Source: Schizochytrium sp. TIO01
Lineage: Eukaryota; Protista; Bigyra: Labyrinthulomycetes
NCBI GenBank assembly: GCA_004764695.1
Contig: SMSO01000036.1
Coordinates: forward strand, 1,364,001 to 1,428,000
Length of the DNA stretch: 64,000 bases
Reading direction: 5' to 3'
Notes under the pieces: model-generated
What the model was told of the DNA's origin: nothing
The model's database searches: none
The model's input: only the letters and a program-made list of their open reading frames with translations
Shown: in pieces, positions 33,657 through 43,882 of the stretch
Numbering within the stretch: position 1 is the stretch's first letter
Layout: every line of letters starts with the position of its first letter
Translations under genes and position numbers: made by a program

Positions 33657-34856
33657 TTATGAAGTGAATTGAAACAGCTTGTTTACAAGATCTGCATACA
33701 AAAGAGTGCTACCTGCGACACTGATGCCAAGAAAGCCAGCGATGGCGTATTTTGTTCCCTTTGAAAATGATGGCTTTTTAAGAGTCAACTCGACAGTTTT
33801 AATTTTCTCGTTGATTCGAGCATGTAGCAGGTCTGCACGATTGAGAAGGTCCATATAAATTTGACGCGACTTCGGCGCGCAGTTTGGATCAGACATAAGC
33901 ACTCTACACTCACATTTAGCTGTAATTGCAAGGTTTCGAGACTCAATAGCCTGTTTCATTGCATCGCTAAATGCAGCGTCATTAAGAGAGCGAACGTTCT
34001 CCAGTAAATGCGTTGTCTTTGTCCACTTCCGAGACGCAGCTTCGACTAATGCAAGCGCATTTACACCTTCAAGCGGAATCATCACTCTTTCAGGACTGGG
34101 TGGCCTTTTACGATGGCGGTCAGGAGCAGCGGCATGTAAGCGCTGGAGAAACGATGGTACGCCTTGCTCTTGTGTTAATCTAGCTTGACCTGTGCTACTG
34201 GGTTCTAGAGGATCCATGGACACAGCACCAACCTGATCCCTTCCATTTATCTCCGAGTACTGCAATTGAGCTTCTGGAGCAATTGTGCGCTCCACCATTT
34301 CTCCGCTTGTTGAAGCAAAGCAAAAAGTATTACTGGTTGCAGTGTTTGTTGATACCCCTCCAACGGAAGAAAGATTTGCATTCTTTCCTTTAGAATCTCT
34401 GCTGGTGCCCGATGAAGCCTGATTAGAAAAGAGTCTCTTGCCAAAATACTGTTTCAAGCCTAACGCATAATATGACCCATGTTGAACTGTAGGCGATGGG
34501 TTTCGTAATCTCGAATGCGTAGAGTTTGAGAAGCTAAATAAGGTTTCAGTCTTTTTGGGGTCAAGCTTGTAATGAACCTCTCTGGTAATGCCTCCAACCC
34601 TTTGGGGGAGTCCTTTCCAGTTTGCGGGACACAGTGAAGGTTGAAGCTCTGTGAGTGTATCGAAAAATCCTTGCTTTGTCATTACTTCATGGCCTTGCGA
34701 GGTTTCGTGAAGAAGTACTCCTCCGCATCGCAAGCCTTGGTGAGCAGCACAAGCCTGCCGCCATCCCAAGGAGGTAGCAATTGCTTCAGACGACTCTGGG
34801 CGAGGTCTCAGGAGGCCTCGTGCTCTGCGGACCACGCAGTCTGAGACGCGACGCAT
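33657..34856 (-). CDS. Hypothetical 399-aa protein with Arg-rich N-terminus and C-terminal transmembrane segment
   Basis: Long ORF; first ATG at 34856 (MRRVSDCVVRRARGLLRPR). Helical C-terminal half and hydrophobic tail YAIAGFLGISVAGSTLLY. No family recognised. Confidence 0.75.
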   Translation of the reverse strand: MRRVSDCVVRRARGLLRPRPESSEAIATSLGWRQACAAHQGLRCGGVLLHETSQGHEVMTKQGFFDTLTELQPSLCPANWKGLPQRVGGITREVHYKLDPKKTETLFSFSNSTHSRLRNPSPTVQHGSYYALGLKQYFGKRLFSNQASSGTSRDSKGKNANLSSVGGVSTNTATSNTFCFASTSGEMVERTIAPEAQLQYSEINGRDQVGAVSMDPLEPSSTGQARLTQEQGVPSFLQRLHAAAPDRHRKRPPSPERVMIPLEGVNALALVEAASRKWTKTTHLLENVRSLNDAAFSDAMKQAIESRNLAITAKCECRVLMSDPNCAPKSRQIYMDLLNRADLLHARINEKIKTVELTLKKPSFSKGTKYAIAGFLGISVAGSTLLYADLVNKLFQFTS

Positions 34857-34989
34857 CTTGAAAGTCTGACTCAAGCGCGACGCGTCGCACCCAACGGCGA
34901 TGATTTTGAGATTGCCTGGACTTTCCTTTCCGAGCTCTGCAAGGAATGACAGCAGTGAGTGAATGGTTTGTAGGCCTATTACCTAGTAG

Positions 34990-35024
34990 TATTCTGCGCA
35001 ACACTTTTTTATTTTGCGCAACAC
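34990..35024. promoter_or_regulatory. Direct repeat TATT(C/T)TGCGCAACAC x2 in a divergent promoter
   Basis: Copies at 34990-35004 and 35010-35024, between the ATGs at 34856 (-) and 35234 (+). The second copy contains the palindrome TTGCGCAA. Confidence 0.45.
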
Positions 35025-35233
35025 AAATTACTTCAAACTTTGTTTATCTCGTTCTCTGTTTTATTTTTGTACGTTGAGACAAAAAGGGCTAGATTGCGGG
35101 CTCGCACGTATGTCTGCTCTGGGTGTAGCAATCAAGCGAGGATATATCTTCAAACCCAAGGTGCTAGAATTGGGGAATCATTGCGGCAAGAAACACCCGA
35201 AGAGGCTGGCTGTTATGCTAATCCTGCTCAGCA

Positions 35234-36487
35234 ATGGCAAGCCCATGGCGTGTACGAGAGATTGCGGAAAGCTGCTCTTCTGAAATTGATAAACAAGCAG
35301 TGCTTGAGGAAGTAAACGTGAGCAATCAGAATGTAGATGGTGAGGTAATTGTGGAGCAACTTGGCGGGTATGGACAGCTTGTGCGGGTTCTAAGGGCGTC
35401 TTGGAATAATTTGCATGATCTGGGCCCTCTTGCAAGATGTTTCACAAGTTTAGCGAGGCTGCAGATATCACACAATGGACTGAGATCACTAGATGGAATT
35501 GGCCAGCTTACTCAATTGGAGGTTTTGGATTGCTCTCATAATAAATTAATCTCTCTTCAACCCTTGACGTCGTGTAGGAAGCTCACCTGTATCTGGGCAC
35601 AACACAATGAGATCGTCGATGTTCCAGAGTCGCTATTGAAAAGCCAGGGCATGTTTATAGAACTCTCTAGTAATCCAATGCATTTAAGGGCACTGCCTAA
35701 GGCAGGGTCTGGTAACTTCGCAAGAAATTCTGATCAAGACTCTCCACATAGTTATACTATGTCCACTCCCCTCGGTTCTCAAGATCGCGACAAGGAAGAG
35801 ACACAAGATGATGCTGTGCAAACCAGCAAGGAGGGTCGCTCCGACACTTTAATCGAGACGGAGAAGACTAAAGTGTTAACAACGAGTGACCCAGCTATGG
35901 AACCTGCTTACGTCTCAAGTGATGCTGGAGTTGGTTCCAATAAAAACAAAGTTGAATACAAACATGATTGTAAAAGCGATAGTGAAATGGAGCGTATGTT
36001 TGAAAAAGTTACAAATAAATCTGACGAAGAAGAAAACATGTCTTCCGAGTGTCTGTCGTCAACAATAATTCAATCTCCATCGCCGTCTAATGGATCTGTA
36101 CACAGCCCACTCTCCAGCGCTTGTCCCGAGGTCAACACTACTCCCCAGGATAGTCACAGAAGCAATTCATGGCAGAATTTTGAAAGAGACCATTCTAGTG
36201 GGGCAGCTTCACCGGACCAAGCTCATCAGCAGCTTCATCAGAGAAGCTGGTTTGCGAGAGAGGATGACGAGAACCATAATCGTCTAGAGGAAGCACCGCC
36301 TGGTAGAACAGTCAAGGAGGAGCATAGTAGTAATTTCCCACCAGCTAAACATCTAGACCTGCCGGAAAAAGATGTTGCTTCAAGCCGAGATCCTTTGCCC
36401 ACCTTGAGTTCTATTTCTGCTCAGCTCGATGCCTTAACGAAGGATCTCAAAGACAAGAAACGGCAGCTAGGTAGACGTCGTCGATGA
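35234..36487 (+). CDS. Leucine-rich repeat protein (SDS22-like LRRs) with disordered C-terminus
   Basis: LxxLxLxxNxL repeats: VRVLRASWNNL, LARLQISHNGL, LEVLDCSHNKL, LTCIWAQHNEI, then IELSSNP. S/E/D-rich tail ending in a short coiled coil and RRRR. Confidence 0.88.
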   Translation: MASPWRVREIAESCSSEIDKQAVLEEVNVSNQNVDGEVIVEQLGGYGQLVRVLRASWNNLHDLGPLARCFTSLARLQISHNGLRSLDGIGQLTQLEVLDCSHNKLISLQPLTSCRKLTCIWAQHNEIVDVPESLLKSQGMFIELSSNPMHLRALPKAGSGNFARNSDQDSPHSYTMSTPLGSQDRDKEETQDDAVQTSKEGRSDTLIETEKTKVLTTSDPAMEPAYVSSDAGVGSNKNKVEYKHDCKSDSEMERMFEKVTNKSDEEENMSSECLSSTIIQSPSPSNGSVHSPLSSACPEVNTTPQDSHRSNSWQNFERDHSSGAASPDQAHQQLHQRSWFAREDDENHNRLEEAPPGRTVKEEHSSNFPPAKHLDLPEKDVASSRDPLPTLSSISAQLDALTKDLKDKKRQLGRRRR

Positions 36488-36800
36488 ACTTTGATTAGAT
36501 ATTAAGCAAGTTGTCTTTTTCATGCATGTGCATTTTGTTTGTTTTAGAATGACAGGAATTCAGTTCTGAGAATTTCTTTGCATACTTCAACTGTTTCTAA
36601 TTTTGTGTTTTGTTTTTTTAAAGTGGGAAGGAGGGTGAAATGTATGAATGAGTTGAGTCAGAGAAGTTTCATTTCTGTTTATGAATAAATTAAAGAATAG
36701 CCAAGAGGACGACGATGTAAATTGAAGTGAGATAAATTTTGTTGACAGAGAGACGGGAAGTTTCAATTTATAGTCAGATTCAATAATGTGATGATTTCAT

Positions 36801-39800
36801 TCACTGGTTTACAGTAATCTGCTCCACCATTCCGCTTGAAGAAGCAGAATGCTGAAGCGAAGCGGAAGACGCAGAGCTATCGTAATGGTATCCAGAGTTG
36901 TTACGCTGGAGAGGAGGAGCTGCGCCATTTGCAGCAGGTTGACTGGACGCCTCGGTGGCACTAGAAACTGTTGAGCTTGCGATGGAGGTTGAGCGCGAGA
37001 GGCGGATCGAGGAAGAGGAAGAGGTATTGGAGCTTCCTCCAAAGAGATCCTGGTGAAGGCGGCAGTAGGCGGAACCGTGGCGAGCCGAAGTTTCGCAGTT
37101 GAGAACCTGGCAGCGACGGCCACCACCGTGCTTGATGCAAAAGAGCTTGTTGCCTGCGCTGGTTGCAGACTTGGGGCATCCCTCAAACTGGCAGCGGCGG
37201 CCACCACCGTGAGCCTTGCACTTTCCGCGACCGGCATCATGCTTCGTGCAACCAGGCACCTGGCAACGACGACCACCGCCATGGCTGACACAGAACTTTG
37301 ATCCGCCGCGCACCGAACGCGTGCAGTTTTCTACGCCACAGCGCTTGCCTCCTCCATGTACAGTACAGTACTCGGTCTTTGAATCAGCTGCAGCACGGAT
37401 GCATCCATCCTGAGCACAGCGCTTGCCCCCACCATGTACCTTGCAGAAACCGCCCCCAGCATCGTAGCGGTCGCAATCAGGAGCTTCGCAGCGACGAGTT
37501 TGTCCATGCGAGCGACAGAACCCCTTGCCAGTGTCGTGCTTGGTACAACCAGGCACGCGGCAACGGCGTCCGCCGCCATGAGCAACGCAGAATCCCTCGC
37601 TTCCTTGTGCCGCCTTGAGGCAGCCATCCACTTGGCAGCGCTTACCTCCTCCGTGAGCCTTACAGAGGCCACCGCCTTGGTCGAGCTTATCACAGCCATC
37701 ATATTTACAGCGGCGGCCGCCTCCGTGAGCAACGCAAAGGCCCTTGGCTCCCTGAGCAGAAGTGTTGCATCCTTCCACGATGCACCTTTTACCGCCTCCA
37801 TGGGAGATACAGAATGCGGTGGATCCGCGGGCGGATCTTGGGCAGCCTTCGTGCGAGCATCTTTTGCCACCCCCATGAGCCTTGCAGCGATCAAGGGAGC
37901 CCTCGGCAGATCTTGTGCAGCCGTCGGGGTGCTTGCAGCGGCGGCCTCCCCCATGGGCCTTGCAGAGACGCATGGGCTGACCAGGTGCCGCTGGGAGCTC
38001 AACGGCTTGACCAACGGCGGCCTTGCCGCATCCGTCCATTTCGCAGCGAATTCCCCCTCCATGAGCAGTGCATCGGTCAGTACGACCCACGGCTGACTTG
38101 GTGCAACCCTCTTCTGCGCAGCGCTTTCCGCCCCCATGGCGTACGCAAAGATCTCTGGGAAACGCGCTAACCGCTGCGCGCGTACAGCCAGACTCGCGGC
38201 ACCGGCGTCCTCCACCATGCTTCTTGCAGTAGTTGGTACCTCCGTGGGCGAGGTGAGAGCAGTCGCTCGCGCTGCACTTCTTGCCACCAGCGCGGTGGGA
38301 GCGGCAGAGACCACCACCACTTGCAAGCTTGTTGCATCCTTCTTCTTTGCATCGAACGCCTCCGCCATGTTGGATACAGAAGGGCACTTGCCCTTGTGCA
38401 GATTTTGGGCATCCAGGATGCGTGCATCTGCGGCCTCCGCCGTGTGCTTTGCACATTCCACCGCCCTGGTCGAGTTTGTTGCATCCCTCCATTTTGCATC
38501 TTCGGCCTCCTCCGTGAGCAACACATAACATAGTGGCTCCCTGAGCAGCTTTGGTGCACTCCGGCATTTGGCAGCGCTTGCCACCGCCATGAGCTTTGCA
38601 GAGACCGGAGCACGCAGCGGCTTTGACACAACCTTCTACCTTGCAACGGCGACGTCCGCTTTGGGTCTCGGGTCCCTTGGTGCGTCCATGAATCGAGCAC
38701 AACTGCGTTCCCAGACGAGCATGGCGGCCGCACCCCTCGGTACTGCAGATGTAAACGGCATGTGCTTTGCAGTACCCCACGGTGATACTCAGGGCGGCCT
38801 CAAGGCACTCCTCCACAGCACAGACCGGCCGCGAGCGCTTCGTGCGAGTTGATGTTGTGGACAAGGAGCTTGACGAGGTCGATCGTGGAGCAGGTCTCTT
38901 GAGAGGACGCTGCGGTGATACGGAGGATGATGTAGCAGACGAGGCCGCCGGGTTGGCTCTACTGGCGGCAGAAGAAGGTGTAGCGCTGGGTACCGAAGTC
39001 TCGATCGCTGGGGCATTGTTAGCGTCGGTAGGCTCCTCGGGCATGAGGTTGAAGTCAGCATCTTCGTCATCGTCTTGATCGTCCTCATCATCCTCGTCGT
39101 CGTCCATATCATCATCAAAAGGCATCATTGAGAAGGCCGGGTCATCTTCATGCTCCATCTCCAAAAGCCAAGCATCGTTATTGGCAATACCGGCAGCGTC
39201 AGAGATGGGCGTCACACGGTTCATGGAGATAGATTTGGCGTGGATAAGTTTGTCGGTAGCCTGGGCCACAGTCAAGGTCGGGGGAAGTGTCTGGCCATCG
39301 ATTTCAATAAGAACGTCGCCAATCTGCACGCCGCTAGCAAGTAGGCTTCCAGAGGCCTCAAAGAAGAAGACTCCATCGATGCTGCGGTCGAGGCGGAAAT
39401 TGGCAGGCTGGTTACCCTCCAGCTTGAGTTTGATAAATGAAGTACGAACCTCCTCTTCGATGACGGGGATAGGTTTGGTAGCTACAGGAGCAGGAATTTC
39501 CATGGGGGGAGGGCCAGCCGGGGGCGGTGCGGCAAAGACCATGGAAGGCTCAACTGCAGCAGCTGCGGCTGCAGCTGCAGCTGAAACTGCTTGAGACCCT
39601 GAGCTGGAGTGCATGTAGCCAGAGGAGGATGATTGCTGCTGTGATGGAATGTCATTATATTGTGGTGGTGGCGCAGATGGAGGCATGTGAATATCTGCAT
39701 GAATGGGCGGGAAAAGGAGTTGGTCGTTTGGTGGCATGTCAAGGTCGACATCGAATAAGTTGTCGAAGCCGCCCTGGGTATGTGCACTGTTTCCGAAGTC

Positions 39801-40223
39801 GCCTCCCATATAAGCGGACGAGCTTGAGCTGGTGGTTTGTGATGCCTGTTGCTGCTGCTGTGATGTGTGGAAGTGGCCAAGAGCCGGGGATTGCGGCCTT
39901 GATGGCATGTTAAGTGCCATGTCCAGGAATGGATCCTGGGGCTGGTTTCCGTAGTGACCGTTGTGTGCATAAGATCCGCCCATGAACAGAGGATCGTGAG
40001 GGCCTCCGAAATCGGCAAGGCCAACATCATTCATGCTCGGGGCTGGCGAGGGAGCTTGGGGCATGTATGAGGTGGAAGCGCCATATGAGTGAGGAGCGTA
40101 GGCTCCACTGTTGTACATTGCGATTTCGCTGTTGATGCCGGAGTTGCCACCAAGGTCGAGCATGGGCTCGCTCTGTTGGTAGAACTGGTCATTTTCGAAC
40201 GGGCGGGCGTCGTCGTGCATCAT
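36801..40223 (-). CDS. PDZ-like domain plus 23 tandem C3H zinc-finger repeats (WRKY19-like ZnF repeat family), putative nucleic-acid-binding regulator
   Basis: 1140 aa. I counted 23 repeats of C-x4/5-C-x(9-21)-C-x2-H, most followed by GGG[KR]R (about 37060-38825). PDZ-like segment IKLKLEG...GVFFFEASGSLLASGVQIGDVLIEIDG (about 39220-39440). Q/S/P/D-rich N-terminus. No WRKYGQK domain. Confidence 0.92.
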   Translation of the reverse strand: MMHDDARPFENDQFYQQSEPMLDLGGNSGINSEIAMYNSGAYAPHSYGASTSYMPQAPSPAPSMNDVGLADFGGPHDPLFMGGSYAHNGHYGNQPQDPFLDMALNMPSRPQSPALGHFHTSQQQQQASQTTSSSSSAYMGGDFGNSAHTQGGFDNLFDVDLDMPPNDQLLFPPIHADIHMPPSAPPPQYNDIPSQQQSSSSGYMHSSSGSQAVSAAAAAAAAAVEPSMVFAAPPPAGPPPMEIPAPVATKPIPVIEEEVRTSFIKLKLEGNQPANFRLDRSIDGVFFFEASGSLLASGVQIGDVLIEIDGQTLPPTLTVAQATDKLIHAKSISMNRVTPISDAAGIANNDAWLLEMEHEDDPAFSMMPFDDDMDDDEDDEDDQDDDEDADFNLMPEEPTDANNAPAIETSVPSATPSSAASRANPAASSATSSSVSPQRPLKRPAPRSTSSSSLSTTSTRTKRSRPVCAVEECLEAALSITVGYCKAHAVYICSTEGCGRHARLGTQLCSIHGRTKGPETQSGRRRCKVEGCVKAAACSGLCKAHGGGKRCQMPECTKAAQGATMLCVAHGGGRRCKMEGCNKLDQGGGMCKAHGGGRRCTHPGCPKSAQGQVPFCIQHGGGVRCKEEGCNKLASGGGLCRSHRAGGKKCSASDCSHLAHGGTNYCKKHGGGRRCRESGCTRAAVSAFPRDLCVRHGGGKRCAEEGCTKSAVGRTDRCTAHGGGIRCEMDGCGKAAVGQAVELPAAPGQPMRLCKAHGGGRRCKHPDGCTRSAEGSLDRCKAHGGGKRCSHEGCPRSARGSTAFCISHGGGKRCIVEGCNTSAQGAKGLCVAHGGGRRCKYDGCDKLDQGGGLCKAHGGGKRCQVDGCLKAAQGSEGFCVAHGGGRRCRVPGCTKHDTGKGFCRSHGQTRRCEAPDCDRYDAGGGFCKVHGGGKRCAQDGCIRAAADSKTEYCTVHGGGKRCGVENCTRSVRGGSKFCVSHGGGRRCQVPGCTKHDAGRGKCKAHGGGRRCQFEGCPKSATSAGNKLFCIKHGGGRRCQVLNCETSARHGSAYCRLHQDLFGGSSNTSSSSSIRLSRSTSIASSTVSSATEASSQPAANGAAPPLQRNNSGYHYDSSASSASLQHSASSSGMVEQITVNQ

Positions 40224-40227
40224 GATG

Positions 40228-40353
40228 CTGTGTGTATGTTGTATAGTCTATGAATGTGATGTGAGCGAACTCGACAAAGAGAAAAGGCCCAAGCGTAAAT
40301 TGCTTCGGGCACTCGGAATTGTTCGAGATCCGCCGACCGGAAGCTCTGCTTAC
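40228..40353 (-). other. Putative 5'-UTR intron of the ZnF gene
   Basis: Minus strand CG|GTAAGC at 40353, pyrimidine tract and GCTCAC branch-like motif, acceptors CATAG| (40248) or CACAG| (40228, just upstream of the ATG). Confidence 0.5.
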
Positions 40354-40452
40354 CGTTTCGGGGACTCGTATCACGCAAGTTCTTCGCGCGAAATTTCTCC
40401 AATGCCGAGTGCAAGGATCAGGAAATCAATACTTTCCTAGTACCCTGTCTGT

Positions 40453-40720
40453 CTGCGTATTTCGCCAATCAAACAATCCACGTCGGCGCAGTCAAAATCA
40501 TGAGGTTTCCGCATTCATCAGTTAGTTATACTTTTCTCTACCATGCCATTAGGTCTTCTCTCCCCCAAACAAACGAACGAACGAACGAAAAAATAAGCCA
40601 ACAAGAGTCACCCATGCTAGGATCGAGTCTACACTCCTTCACGCGCAAGCCAGCAAGCCACGCAAAGTCCGGGCCAGGCTTCCCTTGCTCTTCCCGTCCC
40701 ACCCTTCACCGTGCACTCAC
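40453..40720 (-). other. Putative second 5'-UTR intron of the ZnF gene (alternative donor at 41598)
   Basis: Donor GAG|GTGAGT at 40720 or AAG|GTAAGT at 41598. Branch TAACTAAC at 40521-40528, followed by an AG-free stretch up to CGCAG| at 40453. Confidence 0.45.
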
Positions 40721-40875
40721 CTCTCCCGTTCCACCTTCGTCGCTGCCTAGCTCTCTCTCAAGTTCACTCGTGTGCCGCGCCACTGGTCTCTCGATTGATT
40801 ACTGATTCGTGTCTGTCTGTACTCTTCTCCGCTCTTGCTCCTTCCCCCTCTTATTTACCTCCTTTCTGGCCTCCT

Positions 40876-40930
40876 CTACCACTTCCCTACCCGCGCCTAG
40901 TAATCTGCCTACCCTACCACTTCCCTACCC
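40876..40930. repeat. 17-bp direct repeat CTACCACTTCCCTACCC x2
   Basis: Exact copies at 40876-40892 and 40914-40930. Confidence 0.85.
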
Positions 40931-41065
40931 TCCGCTACGCGGTGAGTACTCGCTAGCCATGCCCTACGCACTGCTACCTGGCTCTTCCTTTTCCAAAGTT
41001 TCCTCCTTTTTCTCTCTCTCTTTTCGCTTTCTCTTTCTCCTCTTTCGTTCGTCCGTTCGGAGCTC

Positions 41066-41067
41066 GT

Positions 41068-41114
<47 letters not shown>

Positions 41115-41118
41115 TCTT
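41066..41118. repeat. (TTTC)n microsatellite
   Basis: ttctttctttctttctttctttctttc... Confidence 0.9.
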
Positions 41119-41833
41119 TGATGGTCCTCGCCTACTAACTGCCTACCTACCCATCCAACTAACCATCTCAAAAGGAGTTAGTTGTTAGGGAGGCGCAGCA
41201 GAGAGCCTCTCTCTCTTTTCTCCTCTTCATTCACTTTCTTGAAAGAGTGAATTCATTCATTCATTGACTCATTTACTCACTCATCAATGCACGAATTCAT
41301 TCTTCTTTCTTATTAACTACCTCCTCTTCTCCATTCCCAAGAAACAAGAAACGCGCTGTTCCTCTTCTTCTGCTGCTTCTCCGCCTTAATTCTTCACTCA
41401 CATTGTGACGAATGAATCATCAATCAAACAGAACAAACATTCCGCTCGTTCGCGAAAAGGTCAGAGAAGAAGAGGAGGATCGATTGATCGCGAGAAAGAG
41501 GAAAGAACGGGGTTGCGCGTGCTTGCTTGCTTGCATGCTTGCTCGCTTGCTCGCCCGCCGAGGCCTGCGGGCGGGCGGGCGGCGACTTGCTTACTTACCT
41601 TGAGGTTTCCGGTTTGCTTCGCGTGGCGAGGCAGGCGACTTGAGCCTCCTGATGTCTGATTCTGTCTAAGCTAATCCTTCTGCTTGGACTGGGATCACCG
41701 ACCGGATGACTGACGGCGGCTCTCTCTGTGCAGGCTGCACTCGCGTCTTCGTCTCCTCGGGCGGTCTTGGCGAACGAACGAGTTGGAGTTTGACCCGAGT
41801 TGCCAATCCAGATTGAGCCAACAGCGGTGATCG

Positions 41834-41940
41834 ATGTTTGTTTGTTTGTTTGTTTGTTTGTTTGTATGTATGTGTGGATCGATGGATGGATGATCTCGAG
41901 TCCACGGATCGCCGATCCCTCGCTCCTCCGCTCGACTTAA

Positions 41941-41972
<32 letters not shown>

Positions 41973-41986
41973 CGCTGTCGCTGCTG
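41834..41986. repeat. (GTTT)n/(GTAT)/(GATG) tract plus (CTG)10 trinucleotide repeat
   Basis: GTTT tract from about 41835; CTG x10 at 41942-41971. Confidence 0.9.
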
Positions 41987-42234
41987 TTCCCCGCTGCTTC
42001 TGGGTTTGCACGGAGCCGGGCTGGTGTTGCCTCTTCAGACCGTCTGTGCTTTCTGCGTGGGCCGACCTGCGCGACGGCTTGAGCTTTTTGATGTTTGCTG
42101 CGAGTTGAGCGATGGATCGATCGATGAGTCGATCCATCCACGATCAGTCTCTTTCTTTATGCTGCTTAGGCAGTGGGTAGCAGGTACCTACAGTAGGATT
42201 CCAAATATAATATTCATTAACATTAATATTTGAA

Positions 42235-42320
42235 TTAGAATTCAAATTCAAATTCAAATTCAAATTCAAGTTCAAATTCAAATTCAAGTTCAAATTCACG
42301 TTCAAGTTCAAATTCAAACA
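42235..42320. repeat. (TTCAAA/TTCAAG)n hexanucleotide repeat
   Basis: ttcaaattcaaattcaaattcaaattcaagttcaaa... Confidence 0.92.
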
Positions 42321-43816
42321 ACAACTAACAAACAGACAGTGTGAGCGATTCTTTTTATTCAAGACGAAAGAAAGCCTGCTGCCAAATTCTGATTAATTAA
42401 AAGGAAGGAAGCCACTAATGGTCTCCATCATAATAGGAGAAGAAGAAAGAAAGTGTCGAATCATTTCCAAGTCGAAAGAAGTTCCCTTTCAAACAAAGCC
42501 CTTTTCATTTTCATTTGAAAATAAATATAAAAATAAATTGATGAATGAGTGAATGAATGAATGAATGAATGAACAACTTTTTAGTTTCTTTGGAGTGCTA
42601 AAGTCGGTTTCCAAGAAAGCCCGCTCCGTCGACCTTCGTCTCCGGCGAAACAGTGTCATAAATAAACAATCCTGGGGTTAAAAGAGGGACTTTGTTGGTG
42701 GAAAGCAATTCACTCTTTTATTATTATTTTGGAGTAACCAGGTGAACAGATGAATTTATTTAAAATAGGTGAATAGACCAATACCCTTTTTCTTTCGACT
42801 TTGTTGAAAAATAACAGGAATGAAGGAAGAAGCTTTGGGCAGTCTCTCTCTCTCTCTTCGAGTTGGTTGAAAAGCAGGCAGCAAAGAAAAAAAAAAAAAC
42901 AAAGAACAATTAATTAAAACAACTCAACACGGCAGGACCCTCTCTTTATATATTTTAAAAAATTCCTTTCATCCATCCATCCCTCAATCCATCCATCCAT
43001 ACTACGTTCCTGGCGCATCGTTCCCAGTAGCTATGTGCTCGTGCCTCGCACAAACCGCGTAGAAATGCAGGAATCGCTTGGTAAGTCTGCGAGTTCCTTC
43101 CTTGCCCTTCCCTGGGTGGCCTGGCTCCTTCCTTTCGGAGAGGGTCAGCGACAGGATCGTCCCATCTTTGCTCGCGCCTGCTTTCCTCCATCTTCTGCGG
43201 CACGAGCAACTGATCGCACTCCCGCCACGGCTTTCTGCGCAATCGCTTCTTTTCCGTCTATATTCCTCGATTTCACTTTCTCGTTTCATTTTTTAAAATA
43301 TCCTTTTCGTTTAAATTCAAATGGAGTAATCGCAAAAATAGCAGTTCAACTTTAAAAGGCTTGATTGATGAGCAAACTTAGTTACCAACCTTTGATGTGG
43401 TCAATTTTCTTTTAACTAAAATGCTTTTTGTTTTAATGCGAAACAAAAAGTAATGTTTTCCGACTGCTTCTTAATTTGGATGAATGAAAGAATAGCTCGC
43501 AGCGCGAAGAAAACCCTTTGGAGAAGGTTAGAAAGGAGAGAACGAAACGTTGGAGCGCAGTGAGAGTATAGCCTCTCTCACTTCCTACCCTCGTCCTCGC
43601 TGCTTCCCCGTCTCGCCACTCGGAGACCTTCTGCCCACTAAGAAGAGCTTTCCGTAAGCTTTTATCATCTCTCCTTGAAACGAACTCTTTCTCTGTAATT
43701 TTTACGATTATTATCATCACCAATAATAATAATATTTGTTTATTTAAAAAATTATTTATATTATCAAATATTGTTAAATATTGTTAATTATAGCTCCCTC
43801 GCTCCCTCAGTGTCTG

Positions 43817-43882
43817 TCTTTGTTTGTTTGTTTCTATTTGTTTGTTTATTTATTTGTTTGTTTATTGGTTTGTTTGTTTATT
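43817..43882. repeat. Degenerate (GTTT/ATTT)n microsatellite
   Basis: tgtttgtttgtttctatttgtttgtttatttatttgtttg... Confidence 0.85.

Noticed and set aside
37331-38629. 432-aa alternative-frame ORF and several antisense ORFs over the ZnF array
   Set aside because: Ala-rich shadow frames expected from GC-rich repetitive codons; no independent motifs.
36801-40223. Calling the ZnF protein a WRKY transcription factor
   Set aside because: No WRKYGQK domain; only the accessory C3H repeats are present.
40942-41174. Plus-strand intron-like set (GTGAGT, pyrimidine tract, TACTAAC) antisense to the ZnF leader
   Set aside because: Weak AAG acceptor, and the pyrimidine tract lies upstream of the branch motif; cannot be separated from chance.
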